Below are positions 18,454-28,562 of a DNA stretch of 64,000 nt, in pieces; position 1 is the stretch's first letter; each line of letters begins with the position of its first letter. Under the pieces are notes generated by a model. That model searched no databases and was not told the DNA's origin. It worked only from the letters and a program-made list of their open reading frames with translations. This DNA is from an uncultured Gemmatimonadales bacterium. GTDB taxonomy: Bacteria; Gemmatimonadota; Gemmatimonadetes; Longimicrobiales; RSA9. The stretch covers positions 288,001 through 352,000 of the forward strand of contig CAWCRS010000002.1 of NCBI GenBank assembly GCA_963798085.1, given 5' to 3'. Position numbers and translations under genes: made by a program.

Positions 18454-19317
18454 TCAACCTCCCTGCGCGCGCAGCCAGGCCGCGACCTCGTCCCGCTTCC
18501 CGTACTCGGCCCAGTCTAACGGCGTGCCAGCATGGGCCTGGTCGCGCGCATCCAGTCTGGCGCCAGCATCGACCAGCACGCGCACGGCATCCAGCGAGCC
18601 GGACCAGACCGCGTGGTGCAGCGGCGTTCCGTGCGCGTAGAGGTCCTCGCTGGGCGCGTTCACGTCCGCGCCCAGTGCCAGCAGGCGCCGGAGTGCTTCG
18701 GCGTTTCCGTTCAGCGCGGCCTGCACGAAGGCCATCTGGCGCTGGCGTGCGTTCGTGGTCTGCGCCAGGGCGGGCAGTGCATCCCACATTTCGAGGCTCG
18801 CCGCAGCAGCCAGCGTAAGCGGCGCGCCGCGCTCGAGCAGGTGCGCGGCCGCATCCCAATGCCCATTGACCAGCGCGGCATCAGGCGAGCCGTCGAGTGA
18901 CGCACCCGCGTCGACCAGCCCATCGATGAGGCCGATCTGCACGCCGGCTTCCCTCGCCACCCCCGACCATGCGACCAGCCGCAGCGTGTAATCGAGCTGC
19001 TCCTGCAGCGTGTCGACACCTGCGCGGCGGGCCGCTTCAATGAGGATGCGCGCGATCTGCGCAATGTTCGCTGGTAATGTGTTGTTGCGGACGGGATCTT
19101 CCGCCACGAACCAGAGCAGGTACGGCCGCGCGAAGAAGCCATCGAGTGCTTCCGCCACCTTGTCACGCAGCCAGGCCCCCGGCCGGTCCAGACGCGCGCC
19201 GAGCAGAACCGGATGCGCGGCCAGCATGCGCTCCAGCTCGGCCGTATTGCCGGCATCGATCGCGCCGACGGCCTCGCGGAAGAGTGCGTCGAGTCGGATT
19301 TCGTCGGTTCCCGGCAT
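18454..19317 (-). CDS. Ankyrin-repeat protein (no leader, no N-terminal domain)
   Basis: GTPLHHAVWSG, LGADVNA, GTPLDWA. SD GGAGGG. Confidence 0.88.
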   Translation of the reverse strand: MPGTDEIRLDALFREAVGAIDAGNTAELERMLAAHPVLLGARLDRPGAWLRDKVAEALDGFFARPYLLWFVAEDPVRNNTLPANIAQIARILIEAARRAGVDTLQEQLDYTLRLVAWSGVAREAGVQIGLIDGLVDAGASLDGSPDAALVNGHWDAAAHLLERGAPLTLAAAASLEMWDALPALAQTTNARQRQMAFVQAALNGNAEALRRLLALGADVNAPSEDLYAHGTPLHHAVWSGSLDAVRVLVDAGARLDARDQAHAGTPLDWAEYGKRDEVAAWLRAQGG

Positions 19318-19346
19318 CGGTTCCCTCCAGATGGGAATGCAGCCTG

Positions 19347-21158
19347 TCAGCGGTACCCGGCGGCCTGCAGCTCGAAGAGTTGCGCGTAACGGCCATTCGC
19401 TCTCAGCAGCTCCTCGTGCGAGCCCAGCTCGGTGACTCTGCCATCGCCGATCACCGCGATGCGGTCCGCGATGCGCACCGTCGAGAAGCGATGCGAGATC
19501 ACAATGCCAATGCGGCCGCGCAGATTCTGCTTGAGTTCCGCGAAGATGCCCGCCTCCGCTTCGGGATCGAGCGATGAGGTGGGCTCATCGAGGATCCAGA
19601 TGTCGGCGTCGCGGTACATCAGGCGGGCCAGCGCCAGCCGCTGCCATTCTCCGCCCGACAGGTCGTGTCCGCCCTCGAAGAGTCGGCCCACGCGCGAGTC
19701 CAGGCCCTTCGGCATCTTCTTCACCAGCCAGTCGCTGCGCGCATCGCGCAACGCGGCGAGCACGCGATCGTCCGCGACCACGCCATCAGGCCGGCCGATC
19801 ATCACGTTCTCGCGCACCGAAAGCTCGTAGCTCATGTAGTCCTGGAACAGCACGCCAATGCGGCGGCGCAGCGCGTGCGGATCCAGGTTGCGCACGTCTT
19901 CACCGCCCACGCGTATGCTGCCGTTGTCCGCATCGTAGAAGCGCAGCAGCAGCTTGACGAGCGTGCTCTTGCCCGCGCCATTCTCACCCACCAGCGCGAT
20001 CAGTTCGCCGCGTCGTATGTCGAGATTCAGACCGCGCAGTGCCGCTTCCGGCGTGCCCGGGTAGCTGAACGTGACGTCGTCGAACACAATGCTGTCGATG
20101 GTCGACGGCAGATCGTGCGCATGCGGCGGACTCGTCACCAGCGGCTCAATGGCCAGGAACGAGAAGTAGTCATCGAGGAACGTCGTGTGCTGATCGACAG
20201 CCACGAACGTGCTCGACAGATTGCCCAGTGTGCCTGACACCGACGTGAACGCGCCGATCACCAGCACCACACCACCCGGATCGATCTGCCCGGTCAGGCC
20301 ACGCGCGGCCACGAACAGGTACGCCAGCGCGAGGGTGGTGCCGGTCACGAGCCCGGTCAGGATCGAGATATTCGTGCCCGAGCGGTACATGCGCTCGCGC
20401 TCCGTGAAGAGCTGCTCCGTCAGGCAATGGTGTCTCCCCAGCAGGTACTCCGCCAGCACGTACGCGCGCAGCTCTTTCGTGTTGCGCGGCTGCACGAGCA
20501 GATCGCCCAGATAGTCGCGTTCGCGTTCTTCCGGCGTCTCCTTGTAGAAGAATGCGTACAGCTTCGCTGTCACCCGCCGCTCGAGCGTGAGCGAGATCAC
20601 GGCGGCGGCAAGGGCGAGGATGACGAGTACCCAGTGGAGACTGGCGAGCAGTGTCGCCATCAGCAGGATGGTAACAACGTTGTTAGACAGGCCCAGCACG
20701 GACCAGGTGAGGTCGCCGGGGCGCCAGGAAACATCGCGTTTGGCGCGGGCCAGCCGGTCGTGCCAGTCGGAATTGTCGAAGTGACCGAGGTCGACGCTCG
20801 CGGCCTTGGCCAGCAGCCGCCGCTCCGCCTCCAGCTGCACCCGCCGTACGAACAGGTTGCGCCCGTAGCCGGTGTATGCGCCCAGCGCGCGCTGCACACC
20901 AGCCGTGATCCACAGCCCAATGACGACCGGCAGAATGTCGCGCAGCGTGAGCGACTGCGCCCTCGCCTGGGCAATGCGATTCACGAGTTCCGCACCCAGC
21001 CAGACGGCGAGTGGCGTCGTCGCCGCACTCACGACACCCAGCAGTGTGAAGCGCACGAGTGCGCGCGGCAATGCCGCCCATGCGAGCGCCAGACCCTGCC
21101 GCAGGTTTTTCCGGACGCGGCGGGCGCGCCCCATGGCTGGCGGAGGAGCTTCTTCCAT
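19347..21158 (-). CDS. ABC exporter, fused permease/ATPase
   Basis: GENGAGKS, LSGGEWQR, ILDEPT, SHRFSTVR. Confidence 0.93.
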   Translation of the reverse strand: MEEAPPPAMGRARRVRKNLRQGLALAWAALPRALVRFTLLGVVSAATTPLAVWLGAELVNRIAQARAQSLTLRDILPVVIGLWITAGVQRALGAYTGYGRNLFVRRVQLEAERRLLAKAASVDLGHFDNSDWHDRLARAKRDVSWRPGDLTWSVLGLSNNVVTILLMATLLASLHWVLVILALAAAVISLTLERRVTAKLYAFFYKETPEERERDYLGDLLVQPRNTKELRAYVLAEYLLGRHHCLTEQLFTERERMYRSGTNISILTGLVTGTTLALAYLFVAARGLTGQIDPGGVVLVIGAFTSVSGTLGNLSSTFVAVDQHTTFLDDYFSFLAIEPLVTSPPHAHDLPSTIDSIVFDDVTFSYPGTPEAALRGLNLDIRRGELIALVGENGAGKSTLVKLLLRFYDADNGSIRVGGEDVRNLDPHALRRRIGVLFQDYMSYELSVRENVMIGRPDGVVADDRVLAALRDARSDWLVKKMPKGLDSRVGRLFEGGHDLSGGEWQRLALARLMYRDADIWILDEPTSSLDPEAEAGIFAELKQNLRGRIGIVISHRFSTVRIADRIAVIGDGRVTELGSHEELLRANGRYAQLFELQAAGYR

Positions 21159-21200
21159 TCCGCAAAGGTACGGGAAGGCGCGCGTCCGGAAAACGTGCGC

Positions 21201-21602
21201 TCACAGCGCGCGCGTCCACTCCTGGCCGAATCCCAGAACGTGACCATCCGGATCGCGCACCGCGAATTCCTTCATGCCGTAGTGCTGGACGACAGGCGGG
21301 TACACCACCACCGCACCCTTCCCCGACAGCTCGGCGAAGAGCGTTTCCGCATCACGCACCCAGAAGAACACATCCCACGTGCCACCCTGCCGCTCGTTCG
21401 GGCAGATCAGGCCTGCCTCCGCGACACGCCGTAACATGATCGGCGATCCGTCCCGGCTGTACACCGCAAATTCCGGCGGCTCGCCCGCTGCATACTCGCA
21501 ACGAAACCCCAGCACTTCCGCGTAGTAGCGTCCCGTCGCCGCGACGTCCGGAACCGGAAAGTATGGCGCCGCACGAATGAAATCCGCCGAACCCGCCGAC
21601 AT
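21201..21602 (-). CDS. VOC/glyoxalase-bleomycin resistance family protein
   Basis: VPDVAATGRYYAEVLGF...YGMKEFAVRDPDGHVLGF. Confidence 0.9.
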   Translation of the reverse strand: MSAGSADFIRAAPYFPVPDVAATGRYYAEVLGFRCEYAAGEPPEFAVYSRDGSPIMLRRVAEAGLICPNERQGGTWDVFFWVRDAETLFAELSGKGAVVVYPPVVQHYGMKEFAVRDPDGHVLGFGQEWTRAL

Positions 21603-21894
21603 GCCGCACCTCCCACCCGGATGGCAAGCTGCTCTGTGCAGTCGCCAATCCTCAGACCCGGCCGCCACCACGCAAGCCGCCTGTGGCCGACAGCCGCCAC
21701 AAGCCCGGTCACGCGCTGCAATGTCCTGTTATTCAATCCGTTGAACATGCCCGGATCCGTTCCGTCGCGGAGCAACTGCGCGCAGTTGCAGGCAGGCGCA
21801 GCGAATCCGCCGGCTTCCGTTCTCGGTTCACCCCGTTCAGGGAAGGCTTCCGGTCCGAGAGCGAAGCGGCGACCAACGCGGCATGGCCCGGGCG

Positions 21895-21924
21895 TTGCCG
21901 GCAGGCCCGCTGCGCGACTATCTT
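21895..21924 (+). promoter_or_regulatory. sigma70-like promoter of leader B
   Basis: TTGCCG, 18 bp spacer, TATCTT. Confidence 0.6.
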
Positions 21925-21934
21925 GGCCGCAGGC

Positions 21935-22061
21935 GTGCAGGACGCCTCCCGTCCGCGGGCAGGACCGAGTCCACCTGTGCTGTGCGTTGTACGAACGGTT
22001 CGAACGAACCTCCTTTCGCCCGTCGCCAGCGGACCCGGGCATTCACCACAGGAGGCTCGCC
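21935..22061 (+). ncRNA. Conserved structured 5' leader RNA, copy B
   Basis: GTGCAGGACGCCTCCC-GTCCGC-GGGCA-GGAC cga GTCC-A-CCTGTGC...GAACCTCCTTTC-GCCCG tcgcca GCGGAC c CGGGC attcaccac AGGAGG ctcgcc ATG. Confidence 0.8.
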
Positions 22062-23306
22062 ATGTCTGCTCGCCAGTTTCCATCCCATCCGGATCCGCGT
22101 CAGCTCAAGCACCAGGCAAGGGATCTGCTGCGTGCATTCCGCGCACTCGAGCCGGGTGCGTCCGCGGAATTCCGTGCACACCATCCGTATCCTGATCGCA
22201 CCGGCCCCGCGAATGCCATTCTTGCCAATGCGCAGCTCGTGCTCGCCCGCAGTTACGGCGCCTCGAGCTGGACGCAACTGATCACAGCGTGCCGCCTGAT
22301 CCACGCCCTGCAGCACGACGACCTGGATAGCGTGCGCGAACTCGTGGCGGCGCATCCCGCGTTGACGCAGGACCGCGGCGCGCGTGACGATGGCGGCTGG
22401 CGCACGGCTGCGGCGGCGGCCGCGAGTCTGGCGCTGCGCCGCGTCGTCGACATGCTGCGCCAGCGCGGCGCCCGCGACATCGCGAGCGTGTCGGCCCGGC
22501 CCGAGCTGCGCCCATGGCTGGACACGCTGCGTCTGCTCGGCCGCGTCGGCGCGCGCTTCCCCTTCGACGCGGTTGGTGGCGCGGTCGAACTGCTGGATGG
22601 CGACAATTTCGCCTTCATGATCGAGATCGGCGGCGCCATCGAGGATGAGCGCGGCGACTGGCGCTCGCGCGTGGCCCTCGCCCTGGAAACGTACACGCGC
22701 CATCCCGCGGGCAAACACCGTGTTCTCGAGACCATGGCCGCGCATGGCATTCCCCTGCCCGACTCGCCCGTCATGGCGCTGCACCGCGGGCGCATCGATC
22801 TGCTGGAAGCACACCTGCAACGCGATCCGGCGCTGCTGCGGCGCACTTTCGTACACGCCGAGATCTATCCGCCCGCACTGGGCTGCCACGCGGAGCAGGC
22901 GCTGGCGCTGCACGGTGCGCCGCTCGATGGCGCAACACTGCTGCACATCGCGACCGACTTCGAGGAACTCGAGATCGTGCGCTGGCTGCTCGACCGCGGC
23001 ATGGACGTGAACGCGCGCGCCCGCATCGATGCGACCGGCTTCGGCGGGCACACGGCGCTATTCAGCTGCGTCGTCTCGTACAACGCCGGTCGCGGGACGG
23101 ATCCGGTCGCACAGCTTCTGCTGGAGCGCGGCGCCAATGCCAATGCGCGTGCGTCCATCCGCAAGGGCCTCGCCTTCGCGCGCGATCCTTCCGTGCACGA
23201 GTATCGCGCTGTCACGCCACTGGGCTGGGGCCGCCGGTTCCATGACCCGTCGTACGTCTGTCAGGCAGCGCTGCGTGCAATCGCAGCGCACGGCGGACAG
23301 GAGTGA
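22062..23306 (+). CDS. Ankyrin-repeat protein with conserved N-terminal helical domain (copy B)
   Basis: N-terminus [17 protein letters not shown]...[14 protein letters not shown]. Ankyrin motifs [28 protein letters not shown]. Confidence 0.88.
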   Translation: MSARQFPSHPDPRQLKHQARDLLRAFRALEPGASAEFRAHHPYPDRTGPANAILANAQLVLARSYGASSWTQLITACRLIHALQHDDLDSVRELVAAHPALTQDRGARDDGGWRTAAAAAASLALRRVVDMLRQRGARDIASVSARPELRPWLDTLRLLGRVGARFPFDAVGGAVELLDGDNFAFMIEIGGAIEDERGDWRSRVALALETYTRHPAGKHRVLETMAAHGIPLPDSPVMALHRGRIDLLEAHLQRDPALLRRTFVHAEIYPPALGCHAEQALALHGAPLDGATLLHIATDFEELEIVRWLLDRGMDVNARARIDATGFGGHTALFSCVVSYNAGRGTDPVAQLLLERGANANARASIRKGLAFARDPSVHEYRAVTPLGWGRRFHDPSYVCQAALRAIAAHGGQE

Positions 23307-23452
23307 TATGCTGTAACGCCCGTGGCGGAACGGGAGACATCGTCATCCCGCTCCCGGGCCAGGCGATACCCGGCTGGTGGAGAAAATGGCCAGTGCGGCG
23401 CTGCACTCGCCCGGTATGGATCGACAGAACGTTCATGCGCATGGAGAAAGCA

Positions 23453-23851
23453 ATGGACATCAGAAGGAGCGGCTCGCAACCCTCGGGCAGGGGACCCGCG
23501 GAATGGTTCACAGGCATCGTTCGCATCGACCCGCTCTTCCAGGCCCCCGATCCGGCGCGCGTACGCGCCGCCAGTGTCACATTCGAGCCCGGCGCTCGAA
23601 CGGCGTGGCACACGCACCCGCTGGGCCAGACGCTCATCGTGACGGCCGGCTGCGGCCTCGCCCAGCGCTGGGGCGGTCCGATCGAGGAGATCCGGCCTGG
23701 TGACGTGATCTGGTTCCCGCCCAGTGAGAAACACTGGCACGGCGCGACATCGAGCACAGCCATGATGCACATCGCGATTCAGGAAGAACTCGGCGGCAGG
23801 GCCGTGGACTGGCTCGAGCAGGTCAGCGATGACCAGTACCAGACCCGCTGA
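23453..23851 (+). CDS. Cupin domain protein
   Basis: [20 protein letters not shown]...KHWHGA. Confidence 0.92.
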   Translation: MDIRRSGSQPSGRGPAEWFTGIVRIDPLFQAPDPARVRAASVTFEPGARTAWHTHPLGQTLIVTAGCGLAQRWGGPIEEIRPGDVIWFPPSEKHWHGATSSTAMMHIAIQEELGGRAVDWLEQVSDDQYQTR

Positions 23852-23883
23852 TCGCACGAGCAGGCAAGACATCAGGAGGAACA

Positions 23884-24390
23884 ATGCAGATGCGATGGCC
23901 TGGCAGCAGCGGCCTGCAGCGAAGACGCGTCGCTTGGCAGCGTCACGCCCATCTGGAAGGCGTAGTTCGAGTCATGGCGTATCCCGCGTGGTCAAGCCGA
24001 TTCGAGCCCGGCAACTGGCGCGCAGCTGATCCACGACGTCGGTTTCGATTCTGTGGATGCCGGGCCGTTGCGGATCGCACGCTACACCGAACCGTTCGCA
24101 CTGCTCATCGGCCAATTGGCGTACGAGGGAGACGCAGGACCGGAACTCGCGTACCGCTTCGTGCGGTTGGGAGAGTGAGTGTCAGGATGGCGGAACTCGA
24201 TGGCTGGGAGAGCTTCCATCTGATCGTCGGCGCCGCCGCGGGCGCTCTGATCGGATTGCAGTTCGTCGTAATGACGCTCATTGCAGAAGGACCACCGGAA
24301 CGGGCGGCGGAGGCCAATGCCGCATTCGGCAGCCCGACGGTCGTGCTGCGCGCGAAAGCAGACGCCGAGCGGCGTCGGCGGGATCCCTGA
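23884..24390 (+). pseudogene. Fused remnants: possible aldo-keto reductase start, NADP oxidoreductase C-terminus, membrane protein N-terminus
   Basis: AGGAGG + MQMRWPGSSGLQ. Then ~24020-24178 IHDVGFDSVDAGPLRIARYTEPFALL. Then 24187-24390 GWESFHLIVGAAAGALIGLQFVV, truncated. Confidence 0.6.
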
Positions 24391-24464
24391 CAGACCGGAG
24401 ACCGGACTGCCGCGACACACGCCGCGGCAGCACGGTCTCCTGAGCGCCAGTGGCCGGGCGCCCG

Positions 24465-25208
24465 CTAGGGCTCGTTGTGAATCGTCACGTGCCAGGTGGT
24501 GGTGCCGGTGATCACACCACTGGGCAGATGGATCTGGGCCATCAGGCTGTACGATCCGTTCGGGTAGCCGGGATTGCCCGCGGTATCGCGAGCCGCCGTG
24601 TCCAGTGTGCAGACCTGCTTCGCCTGGCCCAGCGGCACTTCACCGCACGGCACCTTCGGGCCCGCCCCCGCCACCAGGCGCAACCACATGCCGGCGTCTA
24701 TGACGATGGTCTCCATGTGCACATCCACGACACCGTGGATGTCCGCGGTGTCCACTTTCGTCGTTGTCCCTGCCTCGGTAATGCTCGTGATGGCGACTGT
24801 GGGCGGCGGGTCCCTGAGGATCTGGGCCACCTGCACGCGCACGCTGTCGCTCGCGGCCGGTCGCGCGGAAGACACGGCCACCACGGTCGCCCTACCCGTC
24901 TTCACACCCTGCAGTCGCGCTTCCGTACTGGACAGCGGCGTCACCAGCACGATGGACGGATCGCGCGAGAGGAACGTGACGCCGCGATCCGTGACCGTGT
25001 CGGCGGCGTGCAGCTGCACCGGCAGCGTGACGCTGTCACCCACGCCCAGGCTGATCTGCTCCGATTCGATGACGACCTCGAACGGGATTTCCTCGCCCGC
25101 GGGAATGCGCGTGATCGCGTCCGAACAGCCTGTCAGCAACGCTACGGTACCTCCAACCGACAACGACAGCATTACACAGGGAACGACATTTCGAACGTTG
25201 AGGCGCAT
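24465..25208 (-). CDS. Putative lipoprotein with Ig-like beta domains
   Basis: SD AGGAG, lipobox LTGC, Ig-like VTFLSRDPSIV. Confidence 0.7.
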   Translation of the reverse strand: MRLNVRNVVPCVMLSLSVGGTVALLTGCSDAITRIPAGEEIPFEVVIESEQISLGVGDSVTLPVQLHAADTVTDRGVTFLSRDPSIVLVTPLSSTEARLQGVKTGRATVVAVSSARPAASDSVRVQVAQILRDPPPTVAITSITEAGTTTKVDTADIHGVVDVHMETIVIDAGMWLRLVAGAGPKVPCGEVPLGQAKQVCTLDTAARDTAGNPGYPNGSYSLMAQIHLPSGVITGTTTWHVTIHNEP

Positions 25209-25377
25209 TCGGGTTCTCCTTTCGCCGGCACGCGTGCGAGGCCGGGCCTGAAGGGTTGACGCACAGATGGGCCCGGGGGAAGGTCGGGCGCAGCGGTGTG
25301 AGTGTACCGCGAAGATGCGTCGACTCGCGGCCGTGATCAAGGAACTCGTCAGCCGCCTGTGGAAACTCCGGCCTAAC

Positions 25378-26823
25378 TCATTTGTTAACGGGCAGCTGCG
25401 CCCGCGCCTCGGCGGCGTCCCGCGCACCCGGGGCGGCGCCGGCCAGCAGCTCCAGGCCAATGCGGTCGGCGCCGCGCCGCACGGCAAACGCCCTGCCGTT
25501 CGCGACGACCACCGCGATGCGATCGAGGTTGTTGATGTCCGCCAGCGGGTCGGCATCGAGCAGCACCAGATCCGCGACCATGCCGCGCGCGATGCTGCCC
25601 AGCGAGTCCTGGGCACCGAGGAAGCGGGCGGGTTCGATCGTCGCGGAACGCAGCGCAGCGAAGGGCGTGAAGCCGGCGCGCACGAACCAGCGCAATTCTT
25701 CGTGCAGCCCGAAGCCGGGCGGACTGTTGCGCAGCGGGGCATCGGTGCCGGTCATGACGTGCACGCCCGCACGGTGCATGGCACCCACCACTGCCACGCG
25801 TTTCTCGAACAGCGCCAGGCCCACGCTGTCGGCGCCGGGCGGCACATCGGGCGGCATCGGGAAGATGCCTCCGACGTAGTCGCGCAATGCCTGGGGCAGG
25901 TAGCGCGCCAGCGTGTCGCCCGGCAGATCCCGCTTCGGCCAGCGCGCCACTTCCAGCTGCGCCACGAGCGTGGGTACCATCCACGTGTCGTTGCGCACGA
26001 AGCGCGCGAACAGCGGGGCGGGGTCTTCACTGCTGCAGCGGCCCAGCGCACCCTGCACGGAATAACGCGGTGTCAGGGCCACGCTCTCCTGCGGCGTGCA
26101 CAGGTTGGGAATCGTCAGCAGGTGCTCGATGCTGTGCTGCCCGGAGTCCGACGCTTCCTCGGGACGCACACTGCGCGGCACGTGACCGGCGAACGTGATG
26201 CCCCTCGCCCGTGCCGCGCGCGTGATGGCGAAATACGTCGCGCGCGTCAGCTGGCTGTGCACTTTCACGAAGTCGACGCCCAGCCGCAGGAGCGAATCCA
26301 CCGCCGGTTGCGCATCCGCAGGCAGGCGCACGAGCAGGTGCGGAATCGGCACATCGCCACCTTCGAGGTAGGGACCCGACAGCACCATGCGCGGCCCGAT
26401 ACGCGTCCCTGCCATGATCTCGCGACGCCAGGTCGTGAGCTGCTCCCAGTCACCCGCCATGTCGCGCACACCCGTGACGCCGTTCGCGACGTACAGCGGC
26501 AGCACATCCTCGCCGCCCGGCATCGTCGTGTGCACGTGCATGTCCCAGAGCCCGGGGATCAGATATTTCCCTCGCGCATCGATGACACGCGCACCAGCAG
26601 GCGGCCGTCCGGAATTCGCGGACGTGACCGCCACGATGCGGTTGCCGCGAATCACGACGCGCTGGTCCGTGCGCGGCTGCTCGCTCGTGCCATCGACCAC
26701 GGTCACGTGATCGAAGACGAGCGACGGCGGCACGGTCGTGTCGATGGTGCAGCCCGTCAGGACGATGGCGAGACCAATGAGCGCAACGACTGGACTACGC
26801 CTGGCGTCGGCGCGCACGCGCAC
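25378..26823 (-). CDS. Amidohydrolase family protein
   Basis: IDARGKYLIPGLWDMHVH, GTDAP, GSIARGMVADLVLLDADPL. Confidence 0.92.
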   Translation of the reverse strand: MRVRADARRSPVVALIGLAIVLTGCTIDTTVPPSLVFDHVTVVDGTSEQPRTDQRVVIRGNRIVAVTSANSGRPPAGARVIDARGKYLIPGLWDMHVHTTMPGGEDVLPLYVANGVTGVRDMAGDWEQLTTWRREIMAGTRIGPRMVLSGPYLEGGDVPIPHLLVRLPADAQPAVDSLLRLGVDFVKVHSQLTRATYFAITRAARARGITFAGHVPRSVRPEEASDSGQHSIEHLLTIPNLCTPQESVALTPRYSVQGALGRCSSEDPAPLFARFVRNDTWMVPTLVAQLEVARWPKRDLPGDTLARYLPQALRDYVGGIFPMPPDVPPGADSVGLALFEKRVAVVGAMHRAGVHVMTGTDAPLRNSPPGFGLHEELRWFVRAGFTPFAALRSATIEPARFLGAQDSLGSIARGMVADLVLLDADPLADINNLDRIAVVVANGRAFAVRRGADRIGLELLAGAAPGARDAAEARAQLPVNK

Positions 26824-26925
26824 GTCCTTTCACGATTCGGGAAGCGGGGCAGCAACTAGGCGAGAGGCTACGCTACCCAATGGCGCCGGGCAGCGCCAGC
26901 GGCGCAGCGCCCACGGCCGTCCGCT

Positions 26926-27753
26926 TCAGCCGCCGCACCTGCGTTCGAGGGTTGCCAATGCGCTCAAGGCGGGCTGTACAATGGTGCTGTCGCCTGCGCT
27001 CGCGCCCATCAGCGCCTTGCGCATCCTCCTCAGCTGGTCCGGCTGCACCGCCTGCGACACAGCCTCGTCGCCGCACAGCGGTTTCCCGGCATCAACGCCG
27101 TCAATGCCTTCCAGTGTGGTACGCACGGTTTCCAGGGCCTGTGCGCGATAGGCGCCTGCGGGATGCGTCTCCAGATAATGCCCTGTTGTGAGCAGCAGCG
27201 CGCCCATGTAGCAGCCGGCGATCCCCTCGCACTCGCCGGGAATGCCGGCGCTGGCCGCCTGCCATGCAATCTCGTCGGATACCCTGACGCCAGGATAGCG
27301 GTCGTGCAGCTTCCAGTACACGTCCGAGGGAACGAGCCAGTTCGCGCCCGGCTCGCTGAACGCGATGTCAGGATGCGACTCCGTCCAGGCCCTGGCGCCC
27401 GGCGGCGGCGGCGGCTCACGCGACAACGAAGTGTAGGGGCTGAATCCGTCCATGCCCGGCGTCTTGCTCACACGGTCGATTGCGCGCAGGCGAAGCAGCT
27501 CCAGCTCGGCCCGCACTTCGTCGTCACCTGTCCATTGCTGCACCGCACGTTCAATGAATGCGACCCGCGTGGTCTCCGCTGCGAAATCCGCCACCGGCCG
27601 CTGCAGCGAATCGCGGATCGCGGGCGCCGGGCTGGCGGGCGGCACCGGCGCCGGGCGGCCACACGCCAGGGCGAGCAGCGCCGGCATCATTGCGACGCAG
27701 CAGACACCTCTCGCCCTCGCCCGCTGTTGCCGGGCACACTGTGCGACTGGCAC
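26926..27753 (-). CDS. Hypothetical lipoprotein
   Basis: GGGAGG before GTG 27753, lipobox LALAC. Start uncertain. Confidence 0.6.
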   Translation of the reverse strand: MPVAQCARQQRARARGVCCVAMMPALLALACGRPAPVPPASPAPAIRDSLQRPVADFAAETTRVAFIERAVQQWTGDDEVRAELELLRLRAIDRVSKTPGMDGFSPYTSLSREPPPPPGARAWTESHPDIAFSEPGANWLVPSDVYWKLHDRYPGVRVSDEIAWQAASAGIPGECEGIAGCYMGALLLTTGHYLETHPAGAYRAQALETVRTTLEGIDGVDAGKPLCGDEAVSQAVQPDQLRRMRKALMGASAGDSTIVQPALSALATLERRCGG

Positions 27754-27880
27754 TCCGAGCCTCCCGCAGTTGTGCATGCCGAACCGGTCCGTCGCGTCAG
27801 TGAGTATCGGCCCCCCAGTTCGTTGTTGCGCCACACCGGGTGCACGCACGCCGGGCCGGGTGGCGAGTCGCATGAGTGTG

Positions 27881-28420
27881 TCAGCCGGATCGTTGGGCCG
27901 CAGCACGCGCGGTGAGCAGGTCGACATACGCGACATCGATCAGCGTGGCAGTGTCCAGGTCCAGCACGCGCAGCAGGGCGTGCGCGATGCTCTCGCCTTC
28001 GGCCGGCGACTGCTCGTCCGACAGCACGACCTCCAGCTCGAGGAACGAGCCCAGCCCCTCCACAGCGTCCAGGTGAACACGCGTGTTCGCAATCCGGTAG
28101 AGCCGCCTGTGCTTGCGCACGCGACCCGCCGTGCCCAGTGCGCGCGCGAGAACGTCGCGCAGTGTGTCCGGCGCCTGCGTGGGCGCGATGCTGTACCGGG
28201 ACAGCTTCGGGCCCGTCGTGTCCGGCCTCTCGTACGCGATCAGCTCCCCGCGATCCGGCGTGAACTGACGCAGCTTGAGCCGGCCCGCGGCGCACGCGAA
28301 GAACGTGTCGTCCTGCTCCAGTTCGAACGGGCCCGAATCCGCGAGTGCTCTGACTTTCGCCTCGAGTACGGCCGGATCCGCCACTGGCAGCTTCACTTCC
28401 ACATTGCGACCCAAACTCAT
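27881..28420 (-). CDS. CYTH domain (class IV adenylate cyclase-like) protein
   Basis: NVEVK, QDDTFF, RLKLR, VRKHRRLY, HLDAVEGLGSFLELEV. Confidence 0.9.
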   Translation of the reverse strand: MSLGRNVEVKLPVADPAVLEAKVRALADSGPFELEQDDTFFACAAGRLKLRQFTPDRGELIAYERPDTTGPKLSRYSIAPTQAPDTLRDVLARALGTAGRVRKHRRLYRIANTRVHLDAVEGLGSFLELEVVLSDEQSPAEGESIAHALLRVLDLDTATLIDVAYVDLLTARAAAQRSG

Positions 28421-28562
28421 CCCCTTTTGTTATCAGTTGCATCGCTGTGCCGCGGGCGCCATCTCTCTGCATTCCGCGATCGCGGCGGGTTGCGCGCTGC
28501 ACTGGCCGGCCGAATACTGCGCACTTCGCCCCTTCGCGCCATCCACACCGGAGCACGGACGG

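Noticed and set aside
19318..19346. Leader upstream of the ankyrin gene at 18454-19317
   Set aside because: The gap is only 29 bp with no motif, and the protein lacks the N-terminal domain. It serves as an internal negative control.
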